A DNA stretch of 64,000 nt from Takakia lepidozioides (Eukaryota > Plantae > Bryophyta): positions 1,302,001-1,366,000 of the forward strand of contig CM060732.1 of the NCBI GenBank assembly GCA_030704615.1, read 5' to 3'. The notes under the pieces are model-generated. The model ran no database searches. It was not told where the DNA came from and saw only the letters and a list, made by a program, of their open reading frames with translations. Every line of letters starts with the position of its first letter. Position 1 is the stretch's first letter. Below are positions 24,517-38,238 of this stretch, one piece after another. The position numbers were made by a program, and so were the translations under genes.

Positions 24517-25378
24517 TCCAAGCCCCTCAAAGATCAAGCAATGGATGGGGGCCCATCCAATGCCATGGTTCTCTTGCCGATGACACTGGGATGAAAGGAG
24601 GCGGAACCCCATTGGCAGGTCACGGAGAAAAGACGTAGAGAAGGAGATCTTGTCATTTGGTCACAAAAGACCAATCTTGATGTACCCCGCTTAGTCAAAA
24701 TGGAGGAGGCCTGGGCCACTTTCCCGTTTTCAAGCGAAGAACTCCTTCAACTTGATTGCCCCAGCATTGCAGTGGCCTGCCAGCTTGAACTTCATACCTT
24801 CACCAATCTCACAATCTCTGGATGGGCACCTAGATGCTTATGCGAGAGAGAAAGCTGCAATTTGTGTTACTCCACTCCTATACACCCATACCGGTCCGAT
24901 TACAGGAACCTCATGCTAACAAATGACAGAGAAGGTTTCCAGTCCTTTTGGGTGACAGATAGGGGGGGAGACAGACATTTCCAAGCAGTCCAATCTGGAA
25001 ACGCAAGAGAACTTGCTTTTAACATCATGGTGGATATCCTCAAAGCCCTATCCCCCTCTGTGGTGTTGACTAACTCCAGGTTCATATTGGGATCATGATA
25101 GAGAATAGCAGTTTGCAAGCTGACCTTGCAATTATTCATGTACTGCCAATTATCTTTTATGCAGACCTTGTCATTGCTGAAGGACTTGTTCATTGCATCT
25201 GGGTCTCCAAAGACCTACCTTTCCTACAAGGTTAAAAACCCTTGGGTTCTAGCAAAATGCTTATCCCTCTCTCTTGAAGGACTAAAAATGGTGGATGAGT
25301 TGCTTCGTCTCCAAAAAATCCATAATATCCAGATAAAGGCAATAGTATCGAGGAGCTCCGGCTGACTCAAGTACTCTC

Positions 25379-27889
25379 CCCGAGCTCCAGGAATGCTAAT
25401 TTGTGAGCCTGCTCATGAGCTCACGTGAGCCTGTGAGCTTGCTTAGGCTCATGTGAGCTTGGGAAACGGCCGGCCCCATAACCGCGGGTGTTTCACCTAA
25501 TTCCGTGGATTTCTGTCACGTGGCCGTTGAATCGTGCATAGAAAATGAAATGCAAATCCCATAACCGAGTATTGACCGAATATTGACCAAATATTGACCG
25601 CAATCAGTATGTGAAAGAAAAAATGGATATGGAAAATTTGATGCCCCAGTTACAAGAAATGTGGTGGCCCTCTTGAAAGTCATTTGTCTTCTCCAATATA
25701 TATATTATGTCAAATTTTGTTGTATGAATGAAGTTGCAGACATCTTCAACTAAATGAAACTGACTTTGAACCAGCCATCAAAGGCCTTAACAATATGTAA
25801 ATACAAAAGTCATCCTGACTCGGAAGATGAAGACATACTAGTAGAGCTATCTCATGCAAGAACTGCAATATCATTTATGAATAATCTAGCCCGAGAATAG
25901 GAATGTCCACGCAAGGGGTCGGAGGAGAGTGGAAAAGGCGAAGGATACATGGACAGCTCTTTCGCCATTGCCTCCGCATACACAAGCAGCTGGTAGGAAT
26001 GTGGTGGACTTTGAAGAAACGTTTGGGAAAGCGAAAATGGCACCATTCATGTGGCATCAAATAAACTCCTGCAAGACAACAAATATTGAGCAGGCTCTCA
26101 AAAGAGATACCGCAGTGTGGCCCCCCTTTTTGAGCCACCATAAAGCCTTTCCAGGAGGAGAGATATTCTGTGGTAGTTGAAGCCCACATAATATATGTGT
26201 TCATGACAGACTCTATGAAACTATTTGTCTCGGGGAAACCCTACTATCCTCCATGCAATGTGGCCCTCATTTTCTTTTTATTGCTTCATAATGCCCTACG
26301 AGGAGGAGAGGTTTTATGTGGGTGTTGAAGCCCACATAATATCTCTCTGTCAATTAGAGGCAGTATGACCCTCATTTTCTTTTTATTGCTTCATAAAGAC
26401 TTGCCAAGATGAGAGATATTATGTGGGTGTTGAAGCCCACATAATATCTCTCTGTCAACCAGAGGCAATATTGTGGCACTCATTTTCTTTTTATTGCTTT
26501 ATAATGTCTTACCAGGAGGAGAGGTTTTATGTGGGTGTTGAAGCCCACATAATATGTCTCTGTCAATTAGAGGCAGTGTGGCTCTCATTTTCTTTTTATT
26601 GCTTCATAAAGCCTTTCCAGGAGGAGAGATATTACGTGGGTGTTGAAGCCCACCTAATATCTGTGTCCATGACAGACTATATCCTGAACTAAGATATCAT
26701 GTACTTCCAGGGCACTGACCCTTTTCCAATTGAGTACCACTATGATGGAAACCACGAAGATATTTTATCTCTTATTGCATGTCTTCAATATGCATAATTT
26801 CCCGTGTTTTTTTTAATTTCATTTGATGATATTCTGAAATAGTTTAATTACTCATTTTGGATGTCCTATTGTTTTTGCAGTCATTGCCTGTTATATGGGC
26901 GTTGATGCCCACATAATTCGTGGACCTCCCGCAAGTCCTCCAATGACAAAAAACAAAAAAAAAACAAAAAAAACAACCAAGACTTTCAAAAAACAATTAC
27001 TATAAAATGTGAGGACTTATGTGGGTGTTGACGCCCACATAATTCGTGGACCTCCCGCAAGTCCTCCAATCCAAACAAAAAAAAAAAAAAAAACCTAAAT
27101 TTTTCAAAATATTTTAAATATAAAATATGAGGACTTATGTGGGCGTTGACGCCCACATAATTCGTGGACCTCCCGCAAGTCCTCCAGTGACCACCCAAAA
27201 AAAAAAAAAAAACCCTTAAAATTTTCAATTATTTAATATAGAGTATGAGGACTTATGTGGGCGTTGACGCCCACATAATTCGTGGACCTCCCGCAAGTCC
27301 TTGAGTGACCACCCAAAAAAAAAAAAAAAACCCTTAAAATTTCCGATTATTTAATATAGAGTATGAGGACTTATGTGGGCGTTGACACCCACATAATTTA
27401 TGGACCTCCCGCAACTCCTCCAATGACCACCCAAAAAAAAAGAAAAAGAAAAAGAAAAAAAGACTTACGTGGGTGTTGATGCCCCATAATTCGTCAATCT
27501 CCCGCAAGTCCTCCAATGACACAATAAAAAGCAAAACTTTCAAATTATTTTGGAAAAAAAACAAAAACATATCATAACATAACATAGCTTTGTGAGGTCT
27601 AGGATTTATGTGGTCGTCACGCCCACGTAAGTCCTCACACCTGATTATAGGCACATAATGAATGCACCAATACGATTCCAATTTTCCAAAGGACACTGCT
27701 GGTATTCTCGCGGGAATAGGTCTGCCTTTGTCCTCGGGTATAGGCCCCATTTCTAATCCTGCACTACTCTGCGCTCACAACCACTAAGCGTGACGCCCAA
27801 GCTAACGCTTAGTGGGTCAAGCGTGAGCCTGGGCTCATAGGCTCACGTGAGCAGGCTCATGGCGTAGCTTCCCTGCCCGAGCTCGGGCA
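25379..27889. mobile_element. Non-autonomous element with imperfect inverted ends carrying the second palindrome array
   Basis: CCGAGCTC..TGAGCCTGCTCA..TCACGTGAGCCT at 25379-25460 is mirrored at 27820-27889. Flanked on both sides by L1 remnants. No TSD was recognised. Confidence 0.5.
26166..27630 (+). repeat. Second palindrome array: 12 copies of TTATGTGGGCG-TTGA-CGCCCACATAA
   Basis: Copies at 26166, 26314, 26419, 26527 and 26632 (~105-bp unit); 26891, 27017, 27135, 27253, 27371 and 27465 (118-bp unit with A-tracts); an inverted degenerate copy at 27606. Confidence 0.93.
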
Positions 27890-29839
27890 AGCAGCACCAG
27901 GATCATTCTATCACCTTCATTATTCCAAAAGAAACAGTGGAGTCACCCCCAATGGTAAGCATACGAAACCATGTTTGCTTTGGACCCTCTTTCTCTTTGC
28001 CCCAATCCTACGCGTGTGTGGGCCGCTCTGGTGTATGTTTGCTCTCTTCCCATGACTAGATTGCTACCTTGTTGGTGGGGCAGTTATAAGGTCTATCCCC
28101 TCAACTTCTCTATCATCAAGTATCTCCCAATGGTTCTTTCGTGGGACCTACCTGTGGGTAATTTAATTGTACACAGAGCCAGCAGAAAACAATTCATTGA
28201 AAAAAATAGAGGAAGGAAGAGGGAGGGATGCATTGAAGTATTAGCTTGGAGACTGCCATGTGCTCCTCCATTGGGATTCAATGGATATCCACTCTCGTAC
28301 ACGGATAAACGCACCAAATTCTTCTTTTCTGGTACCTGGCCATCAAATCACGAAAGAACTGTGGGCCAAGAATTAGGATACGAATTAATTTCTCTCTGCA
28401 CTCCTGGAACGTGAGGGGTCTAGGATCAATCACTCAACATCCTTCAAGATAGCTGGATTGAGGCGCTTGAAATAACCTCTCCCCCTGACTCTATCACCTG
28501 GGGATTGGAATTTGATTTCTATTTCAGTATGATTAAACCCCGGGAGGATGGGTTTGAGAGGAATTTTTTTGGACCATCCATGCAAGGCTGCTAAGCAATA
28601 AATCCTATCAAGCCGAGCCAAAAACTGGGTTTAGGAGTGTCATTTAAATGGGCTATTGTTACACTACATGACATATTAACAAAATGTATGACAAATTTTT
28701 ATACATGTAACGATACACATATGCAAAAGTGTTGGAAAATGGGTCTAGGAGTGTCATTTAACTAGGCTAGTATCACATTTGATGTTGATATTTCATACTG
28801 ACAAAAGTGCATGGCCTAATTTTAGTCGGATATCAGATACGCCTCTTAAGTTGATAATGCATACAAGTGTATGGCTCATATAAGCCATACACTGGTGTCA
28901 AAATGTGCAAGAGTACATGTGTTACGGATTATGGTCATTAATTCATATCTACTAGTGACACATTTTACGTCAATATTTAATGAACCTGTTTACAATCTTA
29001 CACATCAAAACATTCTTTCTTTCATAGCTAAGTTAAAAGTCATTTGAAAACAAAACAAAACTCATTGAATGATACATAAACACGATATTAAAGCATTATT
29101 CGTACATATTGATATTACTCATCGTGATATATCAAGTTCATACTAAATAATAATCATATACGCATCGTGATATTACGCACATATATCAAGTTCATTAACA
29201 AAATATATTAAGGATACTTTAACAAGAATGTAGTCGATTATGTATATATTCTTCCATTTTGTATGTTATTTCCAGTGTTGTAACCGGTCTTGCCGGTATT
29301 CCTGGGTATCAATAGTAGGTATGAGCAGGTTCTTCGAGAACCTACCAATCGGATAGGTGGTAGGTCGAATACCAGGGCATACCATGGATTTCGGTTTGGG
29401 GCTCCCATTTCGTATTAGGCTGTTACCATTAGTGTGCGGCTATGAGAGCTTAATATTCATACTGCAGGCACGGATCGCTGGAGATTTGGGTAGGGTCTCG
29501 CAAACACTAAAGGCACATAATGGGGGTGACGGCTCCATAGGATATCTCTTTTGTTGGACTTTGGTTTAGGGGCACATTTAGGCGTACATACCTGCTAAGT
29601 TTTCCAATACGAAATAGGATCAGTTTGAGGGCCGCAGCTGCTAATAAGTTGCTCCTTCCTGTTTCCACTCTCTCTTGTCTGACTCATGTTTTAGTTTGCA
29701 TTGCCCTTGGTTTAGCAATGAAATCTGTGTTCAATTTGGTGCTATTTGAGTATATTTGATGGTGGTGAAAAATATTGATACCTGTATTGATATTCAACTG
29801 ATATTTAAAAAATGAACCCATACTATTGATACCATATAT

Positions 29840-30070
29840 TATAGCCAGCAGCCCAGCCCGGGCATGAGGACGGGAGCCCGGGCCGGGGCACTAGCCTGAA
29901 ATGGCTTGTACGCCAGCATGGCGTAGAGGACGTGGCGCAACGGGCAGGTGGGAGGCTGGGCAGCCACGGCACTATCCCCTAGGCCCGCAGCTTGAGAGCC
30001 GAGCCGAGCCGAGCCGGCCCGGCCCGGTTTGCGAAGAATAAATGCAAACGCACATGTCACGTCGGGCGGA
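29840..30070 (+). promoter_or_regulatory. GC-rich putative promoter of the sigma factor gene with G-box/ABRE-like ACGTGGC
   Basis: CpG-rich island with ACGTGGC at ~29930 and (GAGCC)n at 29996-30015, about 300-400 bp upstream of the ORF. Confidence 0.35.
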
Positions 30071-30339
30071 GCGTGCGATGGAATCGGGGCGATTGCAAGA
30101 GCAGCTCTCAGACATGCCTGCGTCGTGCTCTGGCCGTGTTGCTGCCCGATTTGTGGCAAAGCATTCGCTGCTACGTTCCATGTACGCAACTCCCAAGTAG
30201 GGGAAGGAGCAGTGGTGGCAGAGTTTCTTTCTTGCGTGGTCCAAGATTGTGGAAGTTGAAGTCTCCACTGGAAGTCCATGAGCTATGCTGGTGAAGTATT
30301 CCACAACGGGAGACGGAGAAGGGGGGACAGCAGGCTGTA

Positions 30340-33300
30340 ATGTTCAGGACTCCTCGAAGAGATTGGCGATACTGGATTTGTATGCCAGTGAGGAGGATGA
30401 CAAGTGTGGCTACATCTTGTTCTACACACTTGGGGCAATACCAACCCATTGCAGAGTATGCTGACATTGGAGCATGGAATGTGGATGCCCCTGTTCCGTC
30501 TGCTTGCTATATTTCACCTGCTGCGCAATGTCGGGTCATTTTTCTGTCGAGGGAGCTGCCGGCAACAAGGGGAACACTTCACATGGAACAATCAAAATCG
30601 CTATCGCTGTCGTCTGTTAGGTCGGGATGTTTTGTACCACTTGACGGACAGACTCATCCTCAAAACTTTTCCTTAGGGCTCACACAATGGAGTAGGAGAG
30701 ACCAGCAGGGGTTCCGACCACTGATAGCATTTGACGATGCTGGGACATTATGTTCCCCTCGCATGAGGTGTGGATTCGAAGAGATCAGACGGCAAACATT
30801 TTCTGGCACCACGTCAACTTGGATCGGAAAAGGTCTAGAACAAAGTTTTTATTCAAGAAGCCAGAGAGAGCCATGGATTTGTTTGAGCTGGCCCCCATCA
30901 GCAGTGACGGATAAAGAGGCACTGCCCTCCCATCAACTTGTGATGCATTGCGGCCCTATCGGCAGCTCCAGAGGAAGTGCAGTTGCTGAGAGAAGCTCTC
31001 CTGTGGAAGGGGTGAATCCCAAGATGAGGAATCATATAACAGATAATAGAAACTTTGCTGTGACAGAGAGGGTGCTGGTTGAGGATTGTGACAGATGTAT
31101 TGGAAAAAGAGATACTTATACCGAAAAGAACTGCAGGAAAGAGGAGTTTCCCAGGAACAGGCGAAAGAAGTTGAAGTTGCATAGCCAAGGTAGTGCAGAT
31201 TCTGCAAAAGCCTACAGAGCACAGGACATGTTTGCTAATTGCCGTAAGACCCCCTTGCAATCGTCACAGGTTTTTCTTCTTCTTTTTTCTCTTGTTTCCA
31301 AATTCAGCGATGAATGCTTGCAATGGTGTTCTCGATAGTCTTTCGCACATTGACCAGTAAATGCCTGAACACTATCCAAACCGCACATAAGATTTGAGAG
31401 TTGTGATTGCATTCTGACTGGTGTGATCATCCCAATAAAACTGACTAGGGAATTAGTCTCACACTGTGTGTTTGCTTATGTTTGTGAAGCAGAGACCTGT
31501 AGCTGAACTTCAGAGTGATGAGGAATCAGGTGAAGGCTGCAGAAGATCCTCAACAATGTGGACAAATGTAGCTGGTGCCTGCTGTCCACTTACTCCTGAA
31601 GAAGAGGTTGCATGTGCTGCAGATGTCCAGGTAAGCTCTTGGTCTAATCATGTTGTTTCTTGTTTCAGACTCGGAGTAGCTGAAGACAGTTACAAGCCTT
31701 GTATAATTGAACTCACATTACCAACTGGTGCCTGCAGTCTTCTCTGGGAATCTGGCATACTGACACACAGCAGAGGGAAATATTCGTAGACTTGTAGCCT
31801 GGTCATAGACCTCCTATTGATTTGAAGATGCATGGAGCACGTATTTCTAATGTCTCTATGCACTACTGGCCCTATGTGGATGCAAACATCACACTTACTC
31901 AGGTATAAACAGTCAAGCAAAGCAACTGCCATGTTTCTTCAAAATGTTTTGAAGGACTAAGGTAAGTCTGTCTTAAGTGTTTGTTGCTGAAAATTGCGAC
32001 ATCCTTCCAGGATTTGCTTGTTCTCCAGAACAAGAAGGAGGAGTTAGAAGCACAACTTGGACGGATGCCGACAGAGCAAGAGTGGGCAGATGCTGTGGGA
32101 ACCTCCCTCTGCCATCTCTATGCCAGGTTCTGACATACTCCCCTGCAATTCCACAAAGAGACAAGACACCTTACTGGTTGAAATTTCTGTCATCTATGAA
32201 AGCATATGCCTCAGATAATTTCAAGTCTCAATCATCAGGGCTGTATTCAGAAATTTGATTTATCCAAAACAAGTCAGAAACTCTTCTGCTTGCTGAAAAC
32301 AATCATATATTACTGTTTTCGTGCAATCATTCTTTGACGCACTCTGATCTCACAGTAGAGATAGCTGTAAGACAAACAATCAGCATATCAAAGTTTTAAT
32401 GCAAGGCCTTGTTTTTTGATTTGCCAGAATTGGAAAGGGGCGGGCTGCAAAGAGAAAGATGATTGCAGCAAATTTGCGTTTAGTCGATTCAGTGGCTGAG
32501 AAATTTCATGGTCGGGGACTCTCCCACTGGGAGCTTTGCCAGGTATCAACCCTTCCTCAATTCCTTCTGGATAGGTTCAAGCAGTACCAGGAGAAAATGT
32601 AACCATTAGACTTGCACTGGTTTAACATCGGAAACTTGAGTGTTCAAAAGGAGGCCCAATGTGCCTATGGGTCCACCTGGTTTTGAAACGGAAAGAAGGC
32701 TAGAAAAAAGAAATTTATTACGTTTGACGGGGGCCCAAGGGACTGGCTAATTGCTGCGGTGCTTATATACAGCTGGTGACAATCCTGTCACAGATTGGCT
32801 GAGTATTGATGTAAGGGCTGGGCCCATCATACTTAGAAGCTATATGAAGCATTGCAAGACCTATTTCTTGCATCTAGTGAGGTTTCCACAGAGGAGAACT
32901 TGTAAAACTGAAGTCAATTCTGTTTCTCATAACCATAGTGTCGATTGGGATATGCATAAATTTCAGAGACAAGGAAAGTCACACCTCTTGGCATTGTCAT
33001 GATCCTCTCGATTTACACATACATGGGCTGGAGAGAGAGGCCCTTTGAGAGAGAGAGGAACCACTGCAACAAACCTTAAGGACTACTCAAGCATGGCACA
33101 AAGGCGGAACGCCTGATGTAGGTAAGCCACAAGGCACTTTGAGTCTCATAGCTGAAGGCCTCTGCCATGGAGGGTGTCTCTACAGAGAGAGGTTCCCTCT
33201 GGGACAGTTGCTGTGGTGGCTGGCATTTACCTCTTCTCCCTTCAGCCAAGGTCGCCTTTTGTGGGAATGTAGTTTACTTGCATGTTTGCCCCTGGTCTGT

Positions 33301-36300
33301 CTACATTTTGTGTGTTTCTTTGCACCCTTTGATTGGGCTTCACTTGGCCAAGTTTCCTCTTCTGCGTACCTCCCTTTGTCGTACCCTCACCGAAAACCAG
33401 ATGTAGGGTGTTCTAAGTGGAGAACAGATGCACACCGATAGGCAGTAGTAGAACACAATAAAGAGAGTTTAAAGCTGAAGAGTAGTGGTTGCTTCATTGA
33501 GTGCAGGAGGGGGTTCTGGGACTGCTCAAAAGCACTGAAAAATTTAACACTGCTTACAATACCAAGTTTTCTTCCTATTCCTTCTTCTGGATTCAAGAGG
33601 TTCGTCCTCAAATTCCTTCCCTGTGCATCTGTGTTCTTAGTATCTCGGGCATGCTTTATTGCAGTTTGTTTCATTACAAAGCTTGAGGTTTTGTAGCTTC
33701 TCTATCTGTCTGCTGGAAAGTAAGGCAGTGGCTCTTTACTGTTCTACGTAGGTAGTTCATATTTGGCAACAGATGTCCTGGGATAAAGCGGTTTATCTTG
33801 AATTCTGCCAGCGGATGGCCACAGCAGCCAAGAAATTCCGTCATGTGCTGAGGATTGGGCGGCCTGTGTATGAGACTGCTTCCTTGGTTCTACGGCAGAA
33901 GGATGTAAGTTGCTGAATCTAATCGTCTCTTGAAGCATCGTTACATTAGAAAACAATATTCCATCACATCTGACTTGGAAGTTGAAACATGTACTTGGAT
34001 CTCCCTCCCTCTCGTTTCGCATAAAGTGATGAGTTTTGCAGGTCTAGTTATGCTTAAGTTGAATTTTGTGATGGTCTCACCATAGCCTGAGGTGCTGCAG
34101 CAATATCTGACCTGACATACTGTAACAATTTTGTTTCGAAATCCTCGGATTTCATGTTAGGGGACTGCTGAACCACATATTTGTGATGCAGGTGGTGACC
34201 GTGCATTGACAAAGTTCCTCCAATGATGGCAGGAATTCCAAGAGCGGCATGGCCGGGAGCCCACAATTGAGGAGCTTTCTGCAGCAGCCAAAGTGGATGT
34301 AGAGAAGGTATGGATCTATTACTATACAACTATGACATCTTTTGTCTTTTGCCATCTGCTTTTAATATCCACCAACAGGAGACAAGTACAGGGTTCTCCA
34401 AGAGAGGATGTACTTGTAACACTTGGTGTACTGCAGCCAAGAGATTGTACTCATAAGACGTTGTTTGCCGTAGCCTTGTGGCCATTGACCCCGCGCCCAG
34501 TTTGAGCGGGAACAAAAGGGACAGAACCTACCTCTGTCAGGGGCTGACGTTGGTAGTAAGACTTACCTTCATATATAGAATTAATCCGGGTTTTCCAGAT
34601 ATCCTCTAGAAATCCCTTCACACAAGCATCAATCTGCTGTGTGTGATTTGCCCAAAAACTAGGCCTCAGGAGGGCCTGGGCTTTTGGCTCAGCCTCGAGA
34701 CTTTCAAAGTTGGTAAACAGGGGTACAGGTACAATTCCCTTGATAGATTTGAAGAGAGCGTCTCTTTGGTGAGAGAACCCCGGACAGTGTATCAGAAAAT
34801 GAATACTGTCTTCAGATTGCCCACACAACGGGCAATTGCCTCTCTGCTTCTGTTTGCTGTTCAAAGGTAGGCTTCCTGCCCTGAGTTTAAATTTCAGTCT
34901 AGTGCCGAGAGTGGGTAGACCCTTGAGGTCATCCAAGATGTCCTCCCCCATGTCACAGACTGGAAACAAGTTCAGGGAAGTTTTCTGCCTAACTTCATTT
35001 TCATCAGACAATCTCATGGCAACAGACATGGCTGAGGACCTCTAAGTCAGATTTATCCAGCAGGGTCAAGACTTGCGGATCCTTGAGGATCTCTTCTACT
35101 CTCTTCTGCCAGGACTTAGCCTGTTTGACAGGGTGGTCCTGTTTCCAAGATATAGAGTCGATTAACTTAGGATATCTGGTGTTGGGCATATGTTGCAGCT
35201 GACCTTCTGACCTTGAATTCATCTCGTCGGGAGCTTAAGGACGGAATGCCAAACTCACCCCGAACAGCCACATGGGCTGTTTTGGAGCATGCTGACATAC
35301 ACTCCTTAAGCACCCCCACTTGAATGGATTCTAGAGACTTAGCCTGGTTGGAGTTATCAACCCATATAGCAGATCCGTACTCCAAGGCAGGTCTAATAAC
35401 GCAACAAAGCTTGGTTTTCTTAACCTCAGAGGTGACCCCTCTGCAGTGGAAAAATTTAGTGAGCCCCAGAGCTTTGCCCTTGCCAGTTTGAACAACTTTC
35501 CGGATATGTGCATCCCAATTACAATTGGAGGAGAACTCAACGCCCAGGTAAGTGTAGGAAGGGAGGACCGGGATCTCTTGGCTACCCCACTGCCACTTAA
35601 GATCACTTCCTCCCTCTCCTCTGTCGTTGAATGCTACCACTGCAGCCAAGAGAGAAAAGAAGAAGGAAAACATCTTCACTATAAGAGAAGAAATTGGAGG
35701 CCGTTGGAGGCCGAGAGAGAATGTACATTTCCTGCTGCCAAACATGTATGTGGATGACACCCCATGCATTGTGAGATTAATTTATATACATTTGAGTCTG
35801 GGCATGCGCAGATACGGGAGGTCTTTCGGATTACGAGACCGGCTAAATCACTCGATGCAGCAACTGATTCAGACGAGCGTAGTGATGGACGGAATCCTGA
35901 TTTCCGTCAGCTGCCTGATGCATCCCCGACAGTCCGGCCATGGCTAGTATTCATTCTCAGTCCATATTCATCTCCTGCATAGTGCCTTGAGCCTACTGGG
36001 GCCTTCTGACTCTTATGCTGCAGTTGCCATCTGTACTTAAGTTTGAGGTCACCGTTCTGGTATGCGTGATCACTTGTGATTTGCAGTCCAACCAAATCAC
36101 TAGGGGGCATCCTCAGGCTTGTGCAATGAACCCTGTCACTGTTTGCAGTTCACTGAAAATATTCCAAGACACAAATAGGTCAATGCACACCAAGATAACC
36201 TTTACAAACATGTTTGAAACTAAGGCACCTTTTAGCTGAAATCTTGGCTTATGGATGAACAAACGATGGTCACGTCCACCTAATACTTTCAGAGAATACT

Positions 36301-38238
36301 CAACAGAAAATATATATGAGTGTTTATTTGGGAGAACCAACCAAGATATGGTGGCCAGCATAAGAAATTTTCATTGGGTGTGTTCAGATTATCTTATCAC
36401 TTATGTGTAGATTGGTTGGGGCTACCTCTGGGTGTGGTCCAGTCAATTAGCGGTTGGTATGAGAGGACTGTGGTTACTGCAGTGAGCTGAAGTTACTAGG
36501 GATTAAATGCTCATTGGACTGAAGTTGACTACTAGTTACATACTTACCTTGATATTATCTGGGTGCAGTGCTTGAGAGAGTGTGAGCTGAAAATGGAGGT
36601 TGGCAAGGCCCTGAAGAGTCTTAAACCACGTGAGCAACAGGCAATGCCCTCATTTCCATGTTATATGCACACTTTTGACACCAATAGGCTTCCATTCCTT
36701 CCCTTGCAATTGCGATAGGGGATCTCTGTCAGGGAATGGTTTAATGGTACAATGCAAAAGGGCTGAGGGCTCACCAATAAATACATTGACAAGGAGGAGT
36801 GGGTCAAGAAGCCCACACACTTTAGAGCTCATCTTGATGGTCACACAACCTTCAAACCTACTAGAGAAATCTAATGCATAAATCCTCAGTTTGAGAGCTG
36901 ACTATGAAGAGCAGATTAGTTTGAATGAGAGCACTTTGTCAACAACCCTTTTTAAGGCAATATATAGTAGAATGGCCCCCCTCTGATCTCAACCTCTTGA
37001 AGTTGTACCATTTTGGCATGGAATGGATGAATTTCAGTGCACACTAATTCTGGAAACAGATAAAGGTGATACTGGTTTGCAAAGATCAGGGTGCATATGG
37101 TTGCGAACAACTTGTGAACCTAGCACAGGGAAAAAAATTCCCTTCAAATTGAACTGCTTAAATGATTGCCTGACTACAGCGGGGGTCTATGGGGTGAAAT
37201 TTGAAACACAAGATCGTAAGTGTAGCTCAATCATTTTGGTGGAACATGGATTGCTGCTATGAAAGTAGGCCCAGGATATGCTCTGATTGGATGGCAGATT
37301 GCAGTGGACATCCTGCCTAGGTTAAATGCTGGCATTAGCTAACCAATGTTACAAATGTGGAGCAGACATCCAGTGCCTAGGTGACAATTTCTAGCAGACG
37401 GTCAACTGTTTGCCCACCAGTATGGAACTTTTTGTCTGTATCTTGTGCTCTGTCCTTTTGCAGTTGTCATTTCAGTTTGAGCATTTTGTTGAAGATGTTG
37501 AGTAATTGGAGGGTTATGCTGAATCTGATTGGCTTGGTTGTGGTGGTCCAGGTGCTGCAACTGAGGTATGGACTAAGTGGGCAACCTCCTCTTCGCAGAT
37601 CTGAGGTACTGGAAATTCTCATGACTGCAATAAGATCATTGATCACATCCAACAGATGGTAATCAGAGACCCTATGGAAACTTATGCGTTGGCCTGGTTC
37701 CTCTTCTCTGTCTCTCTTTCTTTTTTGCCGTGTTCTGTCAGTCCCAGTGATTTTTGCTCATGTCTCAACATATTGCAGTACGCATGGGGGGGAGTGTTTA
37801 TTTACAATCAACTATACTCAGACAATGTTATATTGAAGGAGTTCTATTGCCTCATAAGGATTCTCTTATCAACATTGAGTTTTAATCTTTTGTTGCTGAT
37901 GTCACTGACCTGTTTCTCTAGGTTGCGATGGTCCTAGGAATGAACCATGCAACCATCCGAATCACTGAGGTATGCAACTGTTTGGAATCCCAAATGTACC
38001 CTTATTTTTTGGCATAAATATGCACATATGAGAGAGGTCATCGCCGGTGTACACAGGATTCTCGTCAAGTGTGCAGTTTTCTTCACTGGTGCATGGTTCT
38101 TAATGGATGCCAAGTTGATGTGGTATCAGTACTGTGATTGTCACACTTGTACAGAGGAAAGCCCTTGGAAAGTTACGACAGCTGGCGACAGAAGATGGAC
38201 TTCAACAATACCTCTCTGACAGCTTATGGGTTCAATAA
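30340..38238 (+). CDS. Nuclear-encoded plastid-type RNA polymerase sigma-70 factor, divergent, possibly pseudogenised
   Basis: Exons: 30340-31269; 31493-31630 (LTPEEEV); 32011-32126 (LGRMPTEQEWA); 32428-32542 (MIAANLRLV..GRGL); 33507-33599 (EGVLGLL..EKF..KFSSYSFFWIQE); ~33812-33865; 34192-34307 (GREPTIEE); 35812-35946 (SLD); 36569-36640 (LKPREQQ, GC donor); 37552-37605 (VLQLRYGL); 37922-37969; 38155-38238 (KALGKLR..LQQYL). In-frame TGA at 34224-34226; the exon 6/7 junction is unresolved. Confidence 0.85.
34455..35615 (-). mobile_element. 5'-truncated non-L1 LINE (RTEX/L2-like) in an intron of the sigma gene
   Basis: YTYLGVEFSSNCNWDAHI..RPALEYGSAIW (RT C-terminal region) and CPLCGQSEDSIHFLIHC zinc motif. 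Confidence 0.75.

Larger units (their letters stand above)
24520..28625 (-). mobile_element. Degraded L1 ORF2 remnant, split by a ~2.5-kb insertion
   Basis: Endonuclease motif MARLDRIY at 28621 (compare MARLDRFY at 43077). RT-region remnants at 27900-28400 and a zinc-finger-like remnant (PICHPKGLET) near 24950. Confidence 0.6.

Noticed and set aside
26166-27630. dif/lox-like tyrosine recombinase sites
   Set aside because: The arm-core-arm geometry fits loosely, but no tyrosine recombinase is recognisable in the window.
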